Below the pieces are notes generated by a model, which saw nothing but the letters and a program-made list of their open reading frames with translations, was not told where the DNA came from and made no database searches. A stretch of DNA of 64,000 nt. It comes from an uncultured Chloroflexia bacterium (lineage in GTDB: Bacteria; Chloroflexota; Anaerolineae; Anaerolineales; E44-bin32). The number at the start of each line of letters is the position of its first letter. Position 1 is the first letter of the stretch. The stretch lies in the NCBI GenBank assembly GCA_963783335.1, contig CAWAND010000010.1:1285617-1349616 (forward strand). The letters run 5' to 3'. Positions 55,555 to 64,000 of the stretch are shown in pieces. A program made the translations under genes and the position numbers.

Positions 55555-56625
55555 ATGCCGCCCGCCCGATCATCCGACGAACAGCCGCTTGATGATTTGC
55601 GCCGACAGGCAGAGGACCTCGGCTTAGTTTGGGCCGAGAGCTGGGACAGGGCGCGCCTGAACGCGGCCATCGATCGGGCCGGGGCGTTGAAACGGATGCA
55701 GGTCGACGAGCTGAAGCAGCGGGCAGGAGCCCTGGGCGTGCCGCCGGGCGAAAAACCGCGCAAGGCAGACTGGCTCAAAGCAATTCTCAGAGCGGAGTTC
55801 CCGGCGGAGCCAGCGAAACTGCCGTCTCAGTCGGCCAGACCAGGAGGAGCCGGCTCATGGTGGCTCCGGTGGTCAGGTGCGCTGGGCATGGCCATCATCA
55901 TTCTGGCCATGCTGCTCACTCCCTTCGGCGCGTGGCGCCTCAGCCAGGCTTCCCAAGCCGGGCTGAAGGCTGGCGGGATCTGGGCGGAGCAAACCGCTGG
56001 CACGATTCACCAAAGCTCGGAAGCTCTGCGCGCGGCTTCGAGTGCTTTGGATAGTTCCAATCAAGCCCTGCGTTCGGTAGGCACCAGCTTGAACGATGCC
56101 CAACCTTTGCTCTCTTCCATAGGGGATATGCTTGGCAGTCAGCTTCCGGACGCCATCACCACCGCTCGTCAGTCCTTGGTGAATGCCCAATCCGGTGCCC
56201 AGTCGATCGACCGCGTCCTGAACAGCCTGAGCTTTTTTGGCATCGGGTACAATCCAGACCAGCCTCTGGCTCAAGGACTGGCCGAAACGGCGGACAGCCT
56301 GGCACCGCTTCCCCAAGCGCTCAGTGATGCCAGCGATCACCTCGCCACCACGCGAGACGATATCAGCCAGGTTGGCCAAGACGTTCTCCAGGTGTCCGAT
56401 GATCTGGCAAACATGTCATCTCAACTTGGGCCGGTGGCGGATGATCTCGAGCGTGAAGCGGATAGACTGGACAAGCTGGCCAGCAGCCTGGACCTGGCTG
56501 CTGGGCGGATTGGGATCTGGATCTGGGTCGGCGCAGGAGTCATGGAGCTCCTGCTGTTGATTGGAGCCAGTACCCAATACGCTGTGTGGCTGGTCGGCCG
56601 GCCGAAGAACGCAGTGATCACGTGA
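55555..56625 (+). CDS. Two-TM membrane protein with N-terminal tandem Rho_N/HeH-like motifs and a long helical loop
   Basis: LDDLRRQAEDLGL..RARLNAAI and VDELKQRAGALGV..KPRKADWLKAIL; TM; Ala/Ser/Leu helical region; TM. Confidence 0.65.
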   Translation: MPPARSSDEQPLDDLRRQAEDLGLVWAESWDRARLNAAIDRAGALKRMQVDELKQRAGALGVPPGEKPRKADWLKAILRAEFPAEPAKLPSQSARPGGAGSWWLRWSGALGMAIIILAMLLTPFGAWRLSQASQAGLKAGGIWAEQTAGTIHQSSEALRAASSALDSSNQALRSVGTSLNDAQPLLSSIGDMLGSQLPDAITTARQSLVNAQSGAQSIDRVLNSLSFFGIGYNPDQPLAQGLAETADSLAPLPQALSDASDHLATTRDDISQVGQDVLQVSDDLANMSSQLGPVADDLEREADRLDKLASSLDLAAGRIGIWIWVGAGVMELLLLIGASTQYAVWLVGRPKNAVIT

Positions 56626-56647
56626 ATCGTTGAATTTGGGAGTTGCC

Positions 56648-56676
56648 TTGCGGACCTAGAATGGGCGTGCTATAAT
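56648..56676 (+). promoter_or_regulatory. rho promoter
   Basis: TTGCGG-N17-TATAAT with extended TG, about 205 nt before the ATG. Confidence 0.7.
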
Positions 56677-56881
56677 CGCGGTGGTATGAGAGCCGTCCAC
56701 GGCTTGATGACGGCGACCTCCCCGCGAAGACATTCCGTCTTTTATTGATGACTTTCTTGAATAGTCAACCCTCGTTCTTCTGAGAGCAGTCTGACGAATC
56801 CACATTTCTTTGACATTGTCAATTGGGCCCAGCCCCGGTATGCCCAGAATCGACCTGCCATGCCCTTTGGAGCTTATCAAC

Positions 56882-58162
56882 ATGAATATTAGTGAACTCG
56901 AGTCCAAGACCCTAGCCGACCTCAGGGACCTGTCGGAACAATACGACATCCAAGGGGCCAAGAAGCTGAAGAAGGAGGATCTCGTTCTTCGGATTATGCA
57001 AGCCGAGGCGGAAAGAAAAGGCCTTGAGCTGCGCGGCGGGGTGCTGGATGTGATGAACGAAGGCATGGGTTTCTTGCGTGCCGATCACTTCATGCCGGGA
57101 CCGAATGACATCTATGTCTCCCAGTCACAGATTCGTCGCTTCAGCCTGCGGACAGGTGACTTTGTGATCGGACAGATTCGACCGCCCAAGGACACCGAAA
57201 AGTATTTCGGGCTGCTCCGGGTCGAGTCGATCAACGGCATGAACCCTGAGCAAGCCAAGCATCGCCCGAAGTTTGAAGCCCTTACCCCGATCTTCCCAGA
57301 AGAACGCTTCAACTTGGAAACCGACCGCTACACGCTTGCCACGCGGCTGTTGAATTTGATCGCACCCATCGGCAAGGGTCAACGCGGCCTGATCGTTTCC
57401 CCGCCCAAGGCCGGCAAGACCACCGTCCTGAAGCAGGTGGCGAACGCCATATCCCAGAATTACCCCGAAGTCCATCTGATGGTGGCCCTGATCGGCGAGC
57501 GACCGGAAGAGGTTACCGATATGGATCGCTCGGTGGATGCCGAGGTGGTATCCTCCACCTTCGATGAGCCGGTGACGTCGCACGTGCGGGTAGCCGAGAT
57601 GGTGCTCGAGCGGGCCAAGCGGCTCACGGAGTGCGGTCGGGACGTGGTGATCATGCTCGACTCGATTACGCGCCTGGCGCGAGCCTACAACTTGATGGTT
57701 ACTCCGTCAGGGCGGACATTGTCCGGTGGCCTTGACCCGGCGGCTTTGTATCCGCCCAAGCGGTTCTTCGGCGCCGCGCGGAATATCGAGGAAGGCGGAT
57801 CTTTGACGATTATCGCCACCTGTCTGGTTGACACCGGATCCCGTATGGATGACGTGGTCTATGAGGAATTCAAGGGAACTGGCAATATGGAACTGCACCT
57901 TTCCCGCCGATTACAGGAGCGCCGCATCTTCCCCGCCTTCGATGTCGATCGCTCGTCCACTCGAAGGGAAGAACTCCTGCTCGGCCCCGATATCACTCAG
58001 CGTGTGTGGCTCATGCGGCGGATGTACTCGCAGATGATCGCCAGCCCGCCGAGTGGAGCCGGAATGGATATCGGCACCGCCACGGAGGCTCTGATCCAAC
58101 GTATGGCCCGCACTGATGACAACATGGAATTCGTTGAGACGTTGACGGAGGATAACCTCTAG
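56882..58162 (+). CDS. rho: Transcription termination factor Rho
   Basis: [54 protein letters not shown]. Confidence 0.98.
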   Translation: MNISELESKTLADLRDLSEQYDIQGAKKLKKEDLVLRIMQAEAERKGLELRGGVLDVMNEGMGFLRADHFMPGPNDIYVSQSQIRRFSLRTGDFVIGQIRPPKDTEKYFGLLRVESINGMNPEQAKHRPKFEALTPIFPEERFNLETDRYTLATRLLNLIAPIGKGQRGLIVSPPKAGKTTVLKQVANAISQNYPEVHLMVALIGERPEEVTDMDRSVDAEVVSSTFDEPVTSHVRVAEMVLERAKRLTECGRDVVIMLDSITRLARAYNLMVTPSGRTLSGGLDPAALYPPKRFFGAARNIEEGGSLTIIATCLVDTGSRMDDVVYEEFKGTGNMELHLSRRLQERRIFPAFDVDRSSTRREELLLGPDITQRVWLMRRMYSQMIASPPSGAGMDIGTATEALIQRMARTDDNMEFVETLTEDNL

Positions 58163-58166
58163 CCGG

Positions 58167-59249
58167 ATGGTCAATTCGCTCATACGGGCGGGAAGGTTCA
58201 TCAAATCCCAAGCCCCGTATGTTCTTGGAGTCCTTGGACTCTCGGTCGCTATCTGGGCCAGCTGGCTGAACCTTGGCCAGTCTCAGGCGATAGATCCACT
58301 CGTTGGGTCATCCTCAACCCGGACGGTCCCCACAGCATCGGCAGTCGATACCAGTGTGCCGCTTCCCGCATTCTCCAGTACCTCCGGGATTGCATCAGAT
58401 GTCACGCGGCGCATCAATCTCGACACGGTTATCCCCAAGCGCCCGCGCATGGAAGTCATCAGGTACACGGTCCAGATCGGTGACTCCGTGTTCGGTATAG
58501 CCGAACATTTCGGCATCAAGCCCGAGACCGTGTTGTGGGGTAACTACGATGTACTGAACGATGACCCCCACCTGCTGAAGCCGGGACAGGAGCTGAACAT
58601 CCTTCCGGTGGATGGCGTCTACTATCAGTGGCAGGATGGGGACAACCTTCAGTCTGTCGCCGATCGGTTTGGGGCCCAAGTGGAAGATATCGTTGACTTC
58701 CCCGGCAATCATCTTGATCCGTTCCAACCCGAAATCAAGCCCGGAACCTGGCTCGTCATACCCGGTGGCCATCGAGAGTTCCGACAGTGGCTGGTTCCCA
58801 CGATCGCCCGCGGTCGCGCTGGAGTGGGCGCCGCTCTTGGAGCAGGCGGATGCAGCGGCGATTTTTCAGGTGGTGCCGTTGGAACGGGCGGTTTCATCTG
58901 GCCCAGCGCCAACCACTTCCTGTCAGGCAACGATTTCTGGAGCGGACACCTTGCGATCGACATTGCCGCCGCTCTAGGCGATCCCGTGTGGGCCGCCGAC
59001 AGCGGAGTCATTGTCTTCGCTGGCCCTTCGATTGGGGGGTACGGCAACATGGTCATGATCGATCACGGCAACGGCTGGCAGACTCTGTACGCCCACCTGA
59101 GCAAGGTCTTGGTGCACTGCGGTCAGAGTGTGACCCAGGGTCAAACGATCGGGCTGGCTGGGTCCACCGGCAACTCCACCGGGGCGCACCTTCACTTCGA
59201 AACCCGCTTTGAGGGCGGCTTCATCAACCCTTGGTTTGTCCTGCCCTAG
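58167..59249 (+). CDS. TM + 2x LysM + M23 peptidase
   Basis: YTVQIGDSVFGIA, GDNLQSVADRFG; HLAID, YAHL, GNSTGAHLHFE. Confidence 0.92.
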   Translation: MVNSLIRAGRFIKSQAPYVLGVLGLSVAIWASWLNLGQSQAIDPLVGSSSTRTVPTASAVDTSVPLPAFSSTSGIASDVTRRINLDTVIPKRPRMEVIRYTVQIGDSVFGIAEHFGIKPETVLWGNYDVLNDDPHLLKPGQELNILPVDGVYYQWQDGDNLQSVADRFGAQVEDIVDFPGNHLDPFQPEIKPGTWLVIPGGHREFRQWLVPTIARGRAGVGAALGAGGCSGDFSGGAVGTGGFIWPSANHFLSGNDFWSGHLAIDIAAALGDPVWAADSGVIVFAGPSIGGYGNMVMIDHGNGWQTLYAHLSKVLVHCGQSVTQGQTIGLAGSTGNSTGAHLHFETRFEGGFINPWFVLP

Positions 59250-59265
59250 CCCAAAAACGGCTAGC

Positions 59266-59294
59266 TTGACGACCCCATGGCGGCTTGTTATGAT
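59266..59294 (+). promoter_or_regulatory. sigma70 promoter for the second LysM-M23 gene
   Basis: TTGACG-N17-TATGAT with extended TG. Confidence 0.7.
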
Positions 59295-59354
59295 GCATCG
59301 ATGTGCACGATGAATTCTGGGTGCACCCTTCGTTGGTAGAAGCTAGAGGGCAAT

Positions 59355-60545
59355 ATGGCCAAGATTCGGCAATCCGGTCCAACAGATCCGCCCCCCGAAG
59401 ATGTTCAGCCATCCAATCAGGCCTCACCGCTGAAGGGCAGGCGAGGCGGGAAATCCACCATCAGGACTTGGTTTTCCCAGTATGGCAGCCACCTGGCCGT
59501 TTTGGCATTGATCATCTTGGGTGCATTTGCCGCCAGGGTGGGATTGCGAACCCTGCCCGTGGATGCTGCCATCAGCCCTCCCACCAATTCGGCGGCCAGT
59601 ACGCCCACACAGGCACCGGTTTCCCAGATCAAACTGGCCGACCTTCCGGCCTACGCGACCCCTTCGAACCAGACAGACGATATCACGCGGTCCTCGGATA
59701 TTCACACCATCATCCCTGACCGTCCGCGGATGAAAGTGATCACGTACAAGGTAAAAGATGGGGATACGTTGTTTGGCATCGCTGACAAATACGGCCTCAA
59801 GCCGGAGACCATCCTGTGGGGCAACTACGACACGCTCAAGGATGATGTCCATTTCTTGAGTCCTGGCCAAGATCTCAATATCCTGCCGGTTGACGGGACG
59901 TACTACAAGTGGCATGAGGGCGACAGTCTGCGAGGGGTGGCCGATTTCTTTGGTGTGACGCCAGAAGACATCCTTGACTGGCCGGGCAACAACCTGCCGG
60001 CGACGCTGGATCCTGAGAAAACCGACATCAAGGCCGGCACGATGCTCGTCATCCCGGGCGGCCACCGCGAACTGGTCAGTTGGCAGGCGCCGCGCGTCTA
60101 CCGAAGCAACCCGGCAGTGGCACGCGTGGCCGGCCCCGGCTTCTGCGGCAAGATCGTGGATGGGGCCATCGGCACCGGATCATTCGTGTGGCCGACCCCC
60201 GGCAAGTGGATCTCCGGGTACCATTTCATCCCCGGGATTCACCCCGGGATCGATATCGGCGGTGCAATCGGGAACGCCATCTACGCCGCCGACAGCGGGG
60301 TTGTCGTCTACGCTGGATGGAACACATACGGCTATGGCAACCTGATCATCATCGACCACGGGAATGGTTGGCAAACGGTCTACGGCCACTTGAGTGTGGT
60401 CGGCGTACAGTGTGGTCAGTCGGTCTTCAAGGGGTCGATCATCGGCGCCATGGGCTGCACCGGCAACTGCACCGGGCCGCACCTTCACTTCGAAATGGCC
60501 AGTGATCAGTACGGCAAAGTCAACCCGCTCCAATTCCTTCCCTAG
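59355..60545 (+). CDS. TM + 2x LysM + M23 peptidase (paralog)
   Basis: YKVKDGDTLFGIA; HPGID, YGHL, GPHLHFE; long blocks shared with the upstream gene. Confidence 0.92.
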   Translation: MAKIRQSGPTDPPPEDVQPSNQASPLKGRRGGKSTIRTWFSQYGSHLAVLALIILGAFAARVGLRTLPVDAAISPPTNSAASTPTQAPVSQIKLADLPAYATPSNQTDDITRSSDIHTIIPDRPRMKVITYKVKDGDTLFGIADKYGLKPETILWGNYDTLKDDVHFLSPGQDLNILPVDGTYYKWHEGDSLRGVADFFGVTPEDILDWPGNNLPATLDPEKTDIKAGTMLVIPGGHRELVSWQAPRVYRSNPAVARVAGPGFCGKIVDGAIGTGSFVWPTPGKWISGYHFIPGIHPGIDIGGAIGNAIYAADSGVVVYAGWNTYGYGNLIIIDHGNGWQTVYGHLSVVGVQCGQSVFKGSIIGAMGCTGNCTGPHLHFEMASDQYGKVNPLQFLP

Positions 60546-60571
60546 TCAACCCTCAAGAGGACGTATCAAAT

Positions 60572-60595
60572 CGGGACGGCCAATTGGCCGTCCCG
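60572..60595. terminator. Palindromic hairpin between convergent genes
   Basis: CGGGACGGCC-AATT-GGCCGTCCCG perfect 24-bp palindrome. Confidence 0.75.
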
Positions 60596-60636
60596 TTCCA
60601 TTTTTCATTACTCTAGCCCTGAAGCAACGCATGGAT

Positions 60637-61797
60637 CTACCGGAAGCCGATCTGCTTGGGCAGTACGTCCCTTACACTCGGCAGGGGCGAGATCAACCAG
60701 CTGGCGGCTTTCAGCAGCTGCCAGACGCCGAGCATCATCAGGTGATTGTGACTGACACGGTAGACAAGGCTGGCGACAAACCAACGCAGCAGCAGGTACC
60801 GCCCGACAGGGGAGAGGAGGACGCGCGTGCGATAGTTGCTGAAAGACCAGTCATCCTGAACGTAAGCGGAATGCAGGGCTCTGGCAGCCACGCGTCCATA
60901 CCCTAAGGCCACCCCGATCCCCTCCCCGAACAGCGGGTCGGCGCCGGCTGTGTCGCCCGCCAGCGCGACCCGCTCGCCGGAAAACAGATTGGTGGGCGAG
61001 AACCAGTGGATCGGGTGCCCCTCGATTTTCAGGTCCTCCGGAGAGACGCCATGGGCTTGGGCCGTTTGATGGAGGATTTGAGGCAGATTGGCGCGCGGGC
61101 TCTCCGGGTTGACCCGTCCATCGTAGACGCCGCGATTCATGTGTGGGGCACCCCGGACCAGGCTAGGGAAATCCCAGTAGTAGCCCTGGAGCGCATCCCG
61201 AAGGGCGCCGAAATCGAAGCGCGCCATGCGGTTGCGGAACTCGGGCTCGTTGCCCTTCGCCGGGGTGACAACTTCAAGCAGCCTGGCCACGCGCGGCCTC
61301 GGTTCACGGGCGCCCAGCCAGCGCCGGACAATGCCTTTGGAGCCATCGGCGCCGACGATGGCCTTGGCGGAGATTTGGCCCCTGTTGGTTGACACGAGCA
61401 CACCCTCAGCCCGCCGTTCGATCTCAAGAACCAGAGTGTTTTCCAGAAGTTGGATCCCGCGCGCCTTGGCTTGACGAGCCAACCACTCATCGAACTCGGG
61501 GCGACGCGTCACGGCAATGGCGGGCTGCCCCCTGATCACCGCCGCCCGATCACCATACTCCAACCGGGCATCCGTTACCGGAATGAATGGGATGTCTAAA
61601 GATAGGCCTAGGAGGTGAAGCTGCTGGAGAGCGAATGGAGTCAAGCCGCCGGCGCACAGCTTGTGGCGCGGGTGCGTTTCCTTTTCCAAGACAACCAACC
61701 TGTCCCTCCACCCCGTGTCCTCCTGGATGAGATGCATGGCAGTGCTCAGACCAGCCGGTCCCCCGCCGATGATCACCACATCCGATTGAGTATCCAT
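60637..61797 (-). CDS. FAD-dependent oxidoreductase, geranylgeranyl-reductase-like
   Basis: IGGGPAG, KLCAGG, GADG, GDTAG..P..GEGI. Confidence 0.85.
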   Translation of the reverse strand: MDTQSDVVIIGGGPAGLSTAMHLIQEDTGWRDRLVVLEKETHPRHKLCAGGLTPFALQQLHLLGLSLDIPFIPVTDARLEYGDRAAVIRGQPAIAVTRRPEFDEWLARQAKARGIQLLENTLVLEIERRAEGVLVSTNRGQISAKAIVGADGSKGIVRRWLGAREPRPRVARLLEVVTPAKGNEPEFRNRMARFDFGALRDALQGYYWDFPSLVRGAPHMNRGVYDGRVNPESPRANLPQILHQTAQAHGVSPEDLKIEGHPIHWFSPTNLFSGERVALAGDTAGADPLFGEGIGVALGYGRVAARALHSAYVQDDWSFSNYRTRVLLSPVGRYLLLRWFVASLVYRVSHNHLMMLGVWQLLKAASWLISPLPSVRDVLPKQIGFR

Positions 61798-61854
61798 GTT
61801 GGCCTCCTCCAGCCTGTGGTTGAACTTGAGAGACTTCGCACGCCGCTGGGCGTA

Positions 61855-63360
61855 CTAGGACGGATACAACGCCTCGAATTTGTCGCGCAAATAGGAGAGG
61901 TAGGGTTCAAGCTCCAAGGCTCGTCCGGTGGCACGTTCGACAAGTTCTTCCGGCGTGAACTTTCGGCCCGGGCGGTGGACATGCTCGGCCAACCACTGGC
62001 TCAGGTGGCTGAAGTCGCCCCGCCTCAAGTCATCGTCGATCGATGGATATGCTGTCTTGGCAGCCTGCATGAATTGTGCGCTCATTATGTTGCCGAGAGT
62101 GTAGCTTTGGAATCCGCCTCCAATCCTCCCACTGTACCAATGCACATCTTGAAGTACGCCGTCTCTGTCATCCGGGGGCTCAATGCCCAGATCCTGCTTG
62201 TATCGGCTGCGCCAGGCCTCCGGCAGGTCTCGGACTTCGAGACGTCCCTCGAGCAGGTCGAGTTCCAGATCGAACCGAATCATCACGTGGAGATTGTAGG
62301 TTACCTCGTCGGCATCGGTGCGGATCAGGGAGCGCTGGACGCGGTTGATGGACCGGTAGAAGGCCTCCAGAGGCACCTTGCTCAGCTGATCTGGGAAGGC
62401 GGCTTGAAGCTGCGGATAGGTGTGCTCCCAATAGGGAAGGCTCCGCCCTACCAGGTTTTCCCATAGGCGGGATTGGCTCTCGTGAACACCTGATGACGAT
62501 GCTGCCGCCAAGGGGGTGCCCTCATAGGCGGGATCGATGCCCAGCTCATAGAGGGCATGGCCGGTCTCATGCAGCGTGCTGAACAAGGATTCAGTGAGAT
62601 CATCCTGCTTGACCCGGGTCGTCATTCGGATGTCGCCCAAGGAAATGCGGGTCATGAAGGGATGGGCAGACCTGTCCTGCCGGGCACGCTGCGGGTCGAA
62701 TCCAATCTGTCGGACAAGATCCAGGCCGAGTTCAAGCTGCCTGGCGGGCGGGAAACGCTGGTGGACGGGTGACATATCCGGCTCCGGTTGCTGGACGATC
62801 CTTTCCACCATGGGCACCAGGGCCTGCCTGAGTTCAGAAAACCAGGCCCGCACGCGGGAGGCCTTCATCCCATATTCGTGAACGTCAATCAGCGGGTCGG
62901 CGATGTGCTCGTAGCCCGGGAAGAACTCAGCGTAGGCCCGGCTCATTTCCAGAGTCTTTTCCAAATAGGGGCGGACACGCGCGAAATCGTTCTCCGGGCG
63001 TGCCTGCCGCCAGACTTCATAGGATTCAGATAGGTGCTGGTGGAACTCCGACAGATGGTCCGCAGGCACACGGGTCGCCCGGTCGAAATCCCGCCGGGCC
63101 AGCCGAATCAAGCTCGCATCGTCTGAGTCGTACGGCAGATCGGCTGTGAGGGGCTCCAGCCTATCCAGAAGATGGCCGAGTTCAGCGTCGACCAAGCGCT
63201 CATGGGCAAGCGTGGCTGCCAGCGCCAGCTGACGGCCGCGCGCCGAACTTCCTCCAGGTGGCATATAGGTGGATTGATCCCAGCTCAGAAGGGAGGCGAT
63301 GGCTTCCAAATCGTAGATTTCCTGCAAGCGTGCTTTGAGTTTGTCGAGATCTGTGGGCAT
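61855..63360 (-). CDS. M32 carboxypeptidase (Taq-type)
   Basis: HPF, HETGH, HESQ, IRTDADE, QDVHW. Confidence 0.95.
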   Translation of the reverse strand: MPTDLDKLKARLQEIYDLEAIASLLSWDQSTYMPPGGSSARGRQLALAATLAHERLVDAELGHLLDRLEPLTADLPYDSDDASLIRLARRDFDRATRVPADHLSEFHQHLSESYEVWRQARPENDFARVRPYLEKTLEMSRAYAEFFPGYEHIADPLIDVHEYGMKASRVRAWFSELRQALVPMVERIVQQPEPDMSPVHQRFPPARQLELGLDLVRQIGFDPQRARQDRSAHPFMTRISLGDIRMTTRVKQDDLTESLFSTLHETGHALYELGIDPAYEGTPLAAASSSGVHESQSRLWENLVGRSLPYWEHTYPQLQAAFPDQLSKVPLEAFYRSINRVQRSLIRTDADEVTYNLHVMIRFDLELDLLEGRLEVRDLPEAWRSRYKQDLGIEPPDDRDGVLQDVHWYSGRIGGGFQSYTLGNIMSAQFMQAAKTAYPSIDDDLRRGDFSHLSQWLAEHVHRPGRKFTPEELVERATGRALELEPYLSYLRDKFEALYPS

Positions 63361-63564
63361 TGTTTCGTGGCTCCTGGATTTGAAAAAGAACTCACCCGTT
63401 ACGCAAAGGCTGCCAACACGTTAGGTCCCGTAAGGTGGCTGTAAGTCCACAGGTGTAATGCAAACTGTACATTCTTGTTAACCAAGGTGAAGATGCCGGG
63501 CAAGTTCATTCGCCCGATCATTTGAGAGCCGACCTTTTTACATCTTTGTGGAGTGAGGACGATA

Positions 63565-63771
63565 ATGGCCATCAGCACAATTTCTACCGTTGACGAAGCA
63601 ATGGAATTCGCCACCTTGGCGATCGAAAAGGGCGAACATGACAAGGCCAAGTCAGCCTTAAGCTGGGTCCTCCAGCGTGAGCCCCGCAACGGTCTGGCGT
63701 GGTTGTGGATGGCCTGCTGTGTTCCCGATGAGGGCGCCAAGAACGAGTGCTATCGGCGCGCTGCAAGCTGA
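63565..63771 (+). CDS. Small single-TPR-like protein (68 aa)
   Basis: A..A..G....A...L..VL...P.N..AWLWMA pattern; GAGGA SD. Confidence 0.7.
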   Translation: MAISTISTVDEAMEFATLAIEKGEHDKAKSALSWVLQREPRNGLAWLWMACCVPDEGAKNECYRRAAS

Positions 63772-64000
63772 GTGGCATGTCGTCCAGCTTAATTTGATTA
63801 TAGCCTTGTAGGGGGATGGACAGGGCTGGATGTGAGCGGCCCGGCGAGATGCCGGGTCGCAGTGATTCAAGGGGGAACGCACAAGGCTGCCGTGAGGCAG
63901 CCAGGGCGAGAGTGGGACCACAGGCGGAGGTTGCCCGTGTTAAGGTGCACCTCTGACAACGCCCCAGCCTCGAGGACGTTACGGCGCCAAGGTCCCAGAG

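Noticed and set aside
63398-63403. Second CGTAAC upstream of the M32 gene as an ECF target
   Set aside because: No CGAC- or CGTT-like -10 at 16-17 nt spacing.
63811-63840. tmRNA-like GGGGGATG start
   Set aside because: Lacks the following TCGAC motif and any tag reading frame.

Overview
GC-rich bacterial chromosomal segment, most likely Chloroflexota (Anaerolineae-like). This is inferred from the fused GlyQ-GlyS, the DnaG and RpoD insertions, the short EF-Ts, a GroEL ending in MPDY and Thr/Pro-rich membrane TPR proteins. Most of it is housekeeping: glyQS-dnaG-rpoD, a complete 14-gene nuoA-N operon, groES-groEL with a perfect CIRCE, hutU/MFS/hutI, ugd-M16-M16-acpS, rpsB-tsf-pyrH-frr-uppS-cdsA-glpX, and rho followed by two LysM-M23 peptidases. 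Six single-base frameshifts (glyQS x2, dnaG, nuoF, a helical membrane protein gene, an MFS gene) are most likely assembly errors. The accessory core (about 21-37.3 kb) holds a SARP/BTAD-ATPase-TPR regulator with a lipid-type methyltransferase, and a BldN/RsbN-like ECF sigma/anti-sigma pair. The anti-sigma, a neighbouring lipoprotein and a nearby membrane TPR protein all share one ~60-aa DUF5666-like repeat (8 copies, one apparently circularly permuted). An intact IS1202-family element with a 17-bp target duplication sits exactly between a stop codon and the groES -35 box. Best candidates for something undescribed: the DUF5666 envelope-signalling module with a candidate ECF promoter, a membrane protein with tandem Rho_N-like motifs directly upstream of rho, a 23-codon bridge ORF between nuoI and nuoJ, and a structured non-coding stretch running off the right edge. 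All family assignments are from motif recognition, not database searches.
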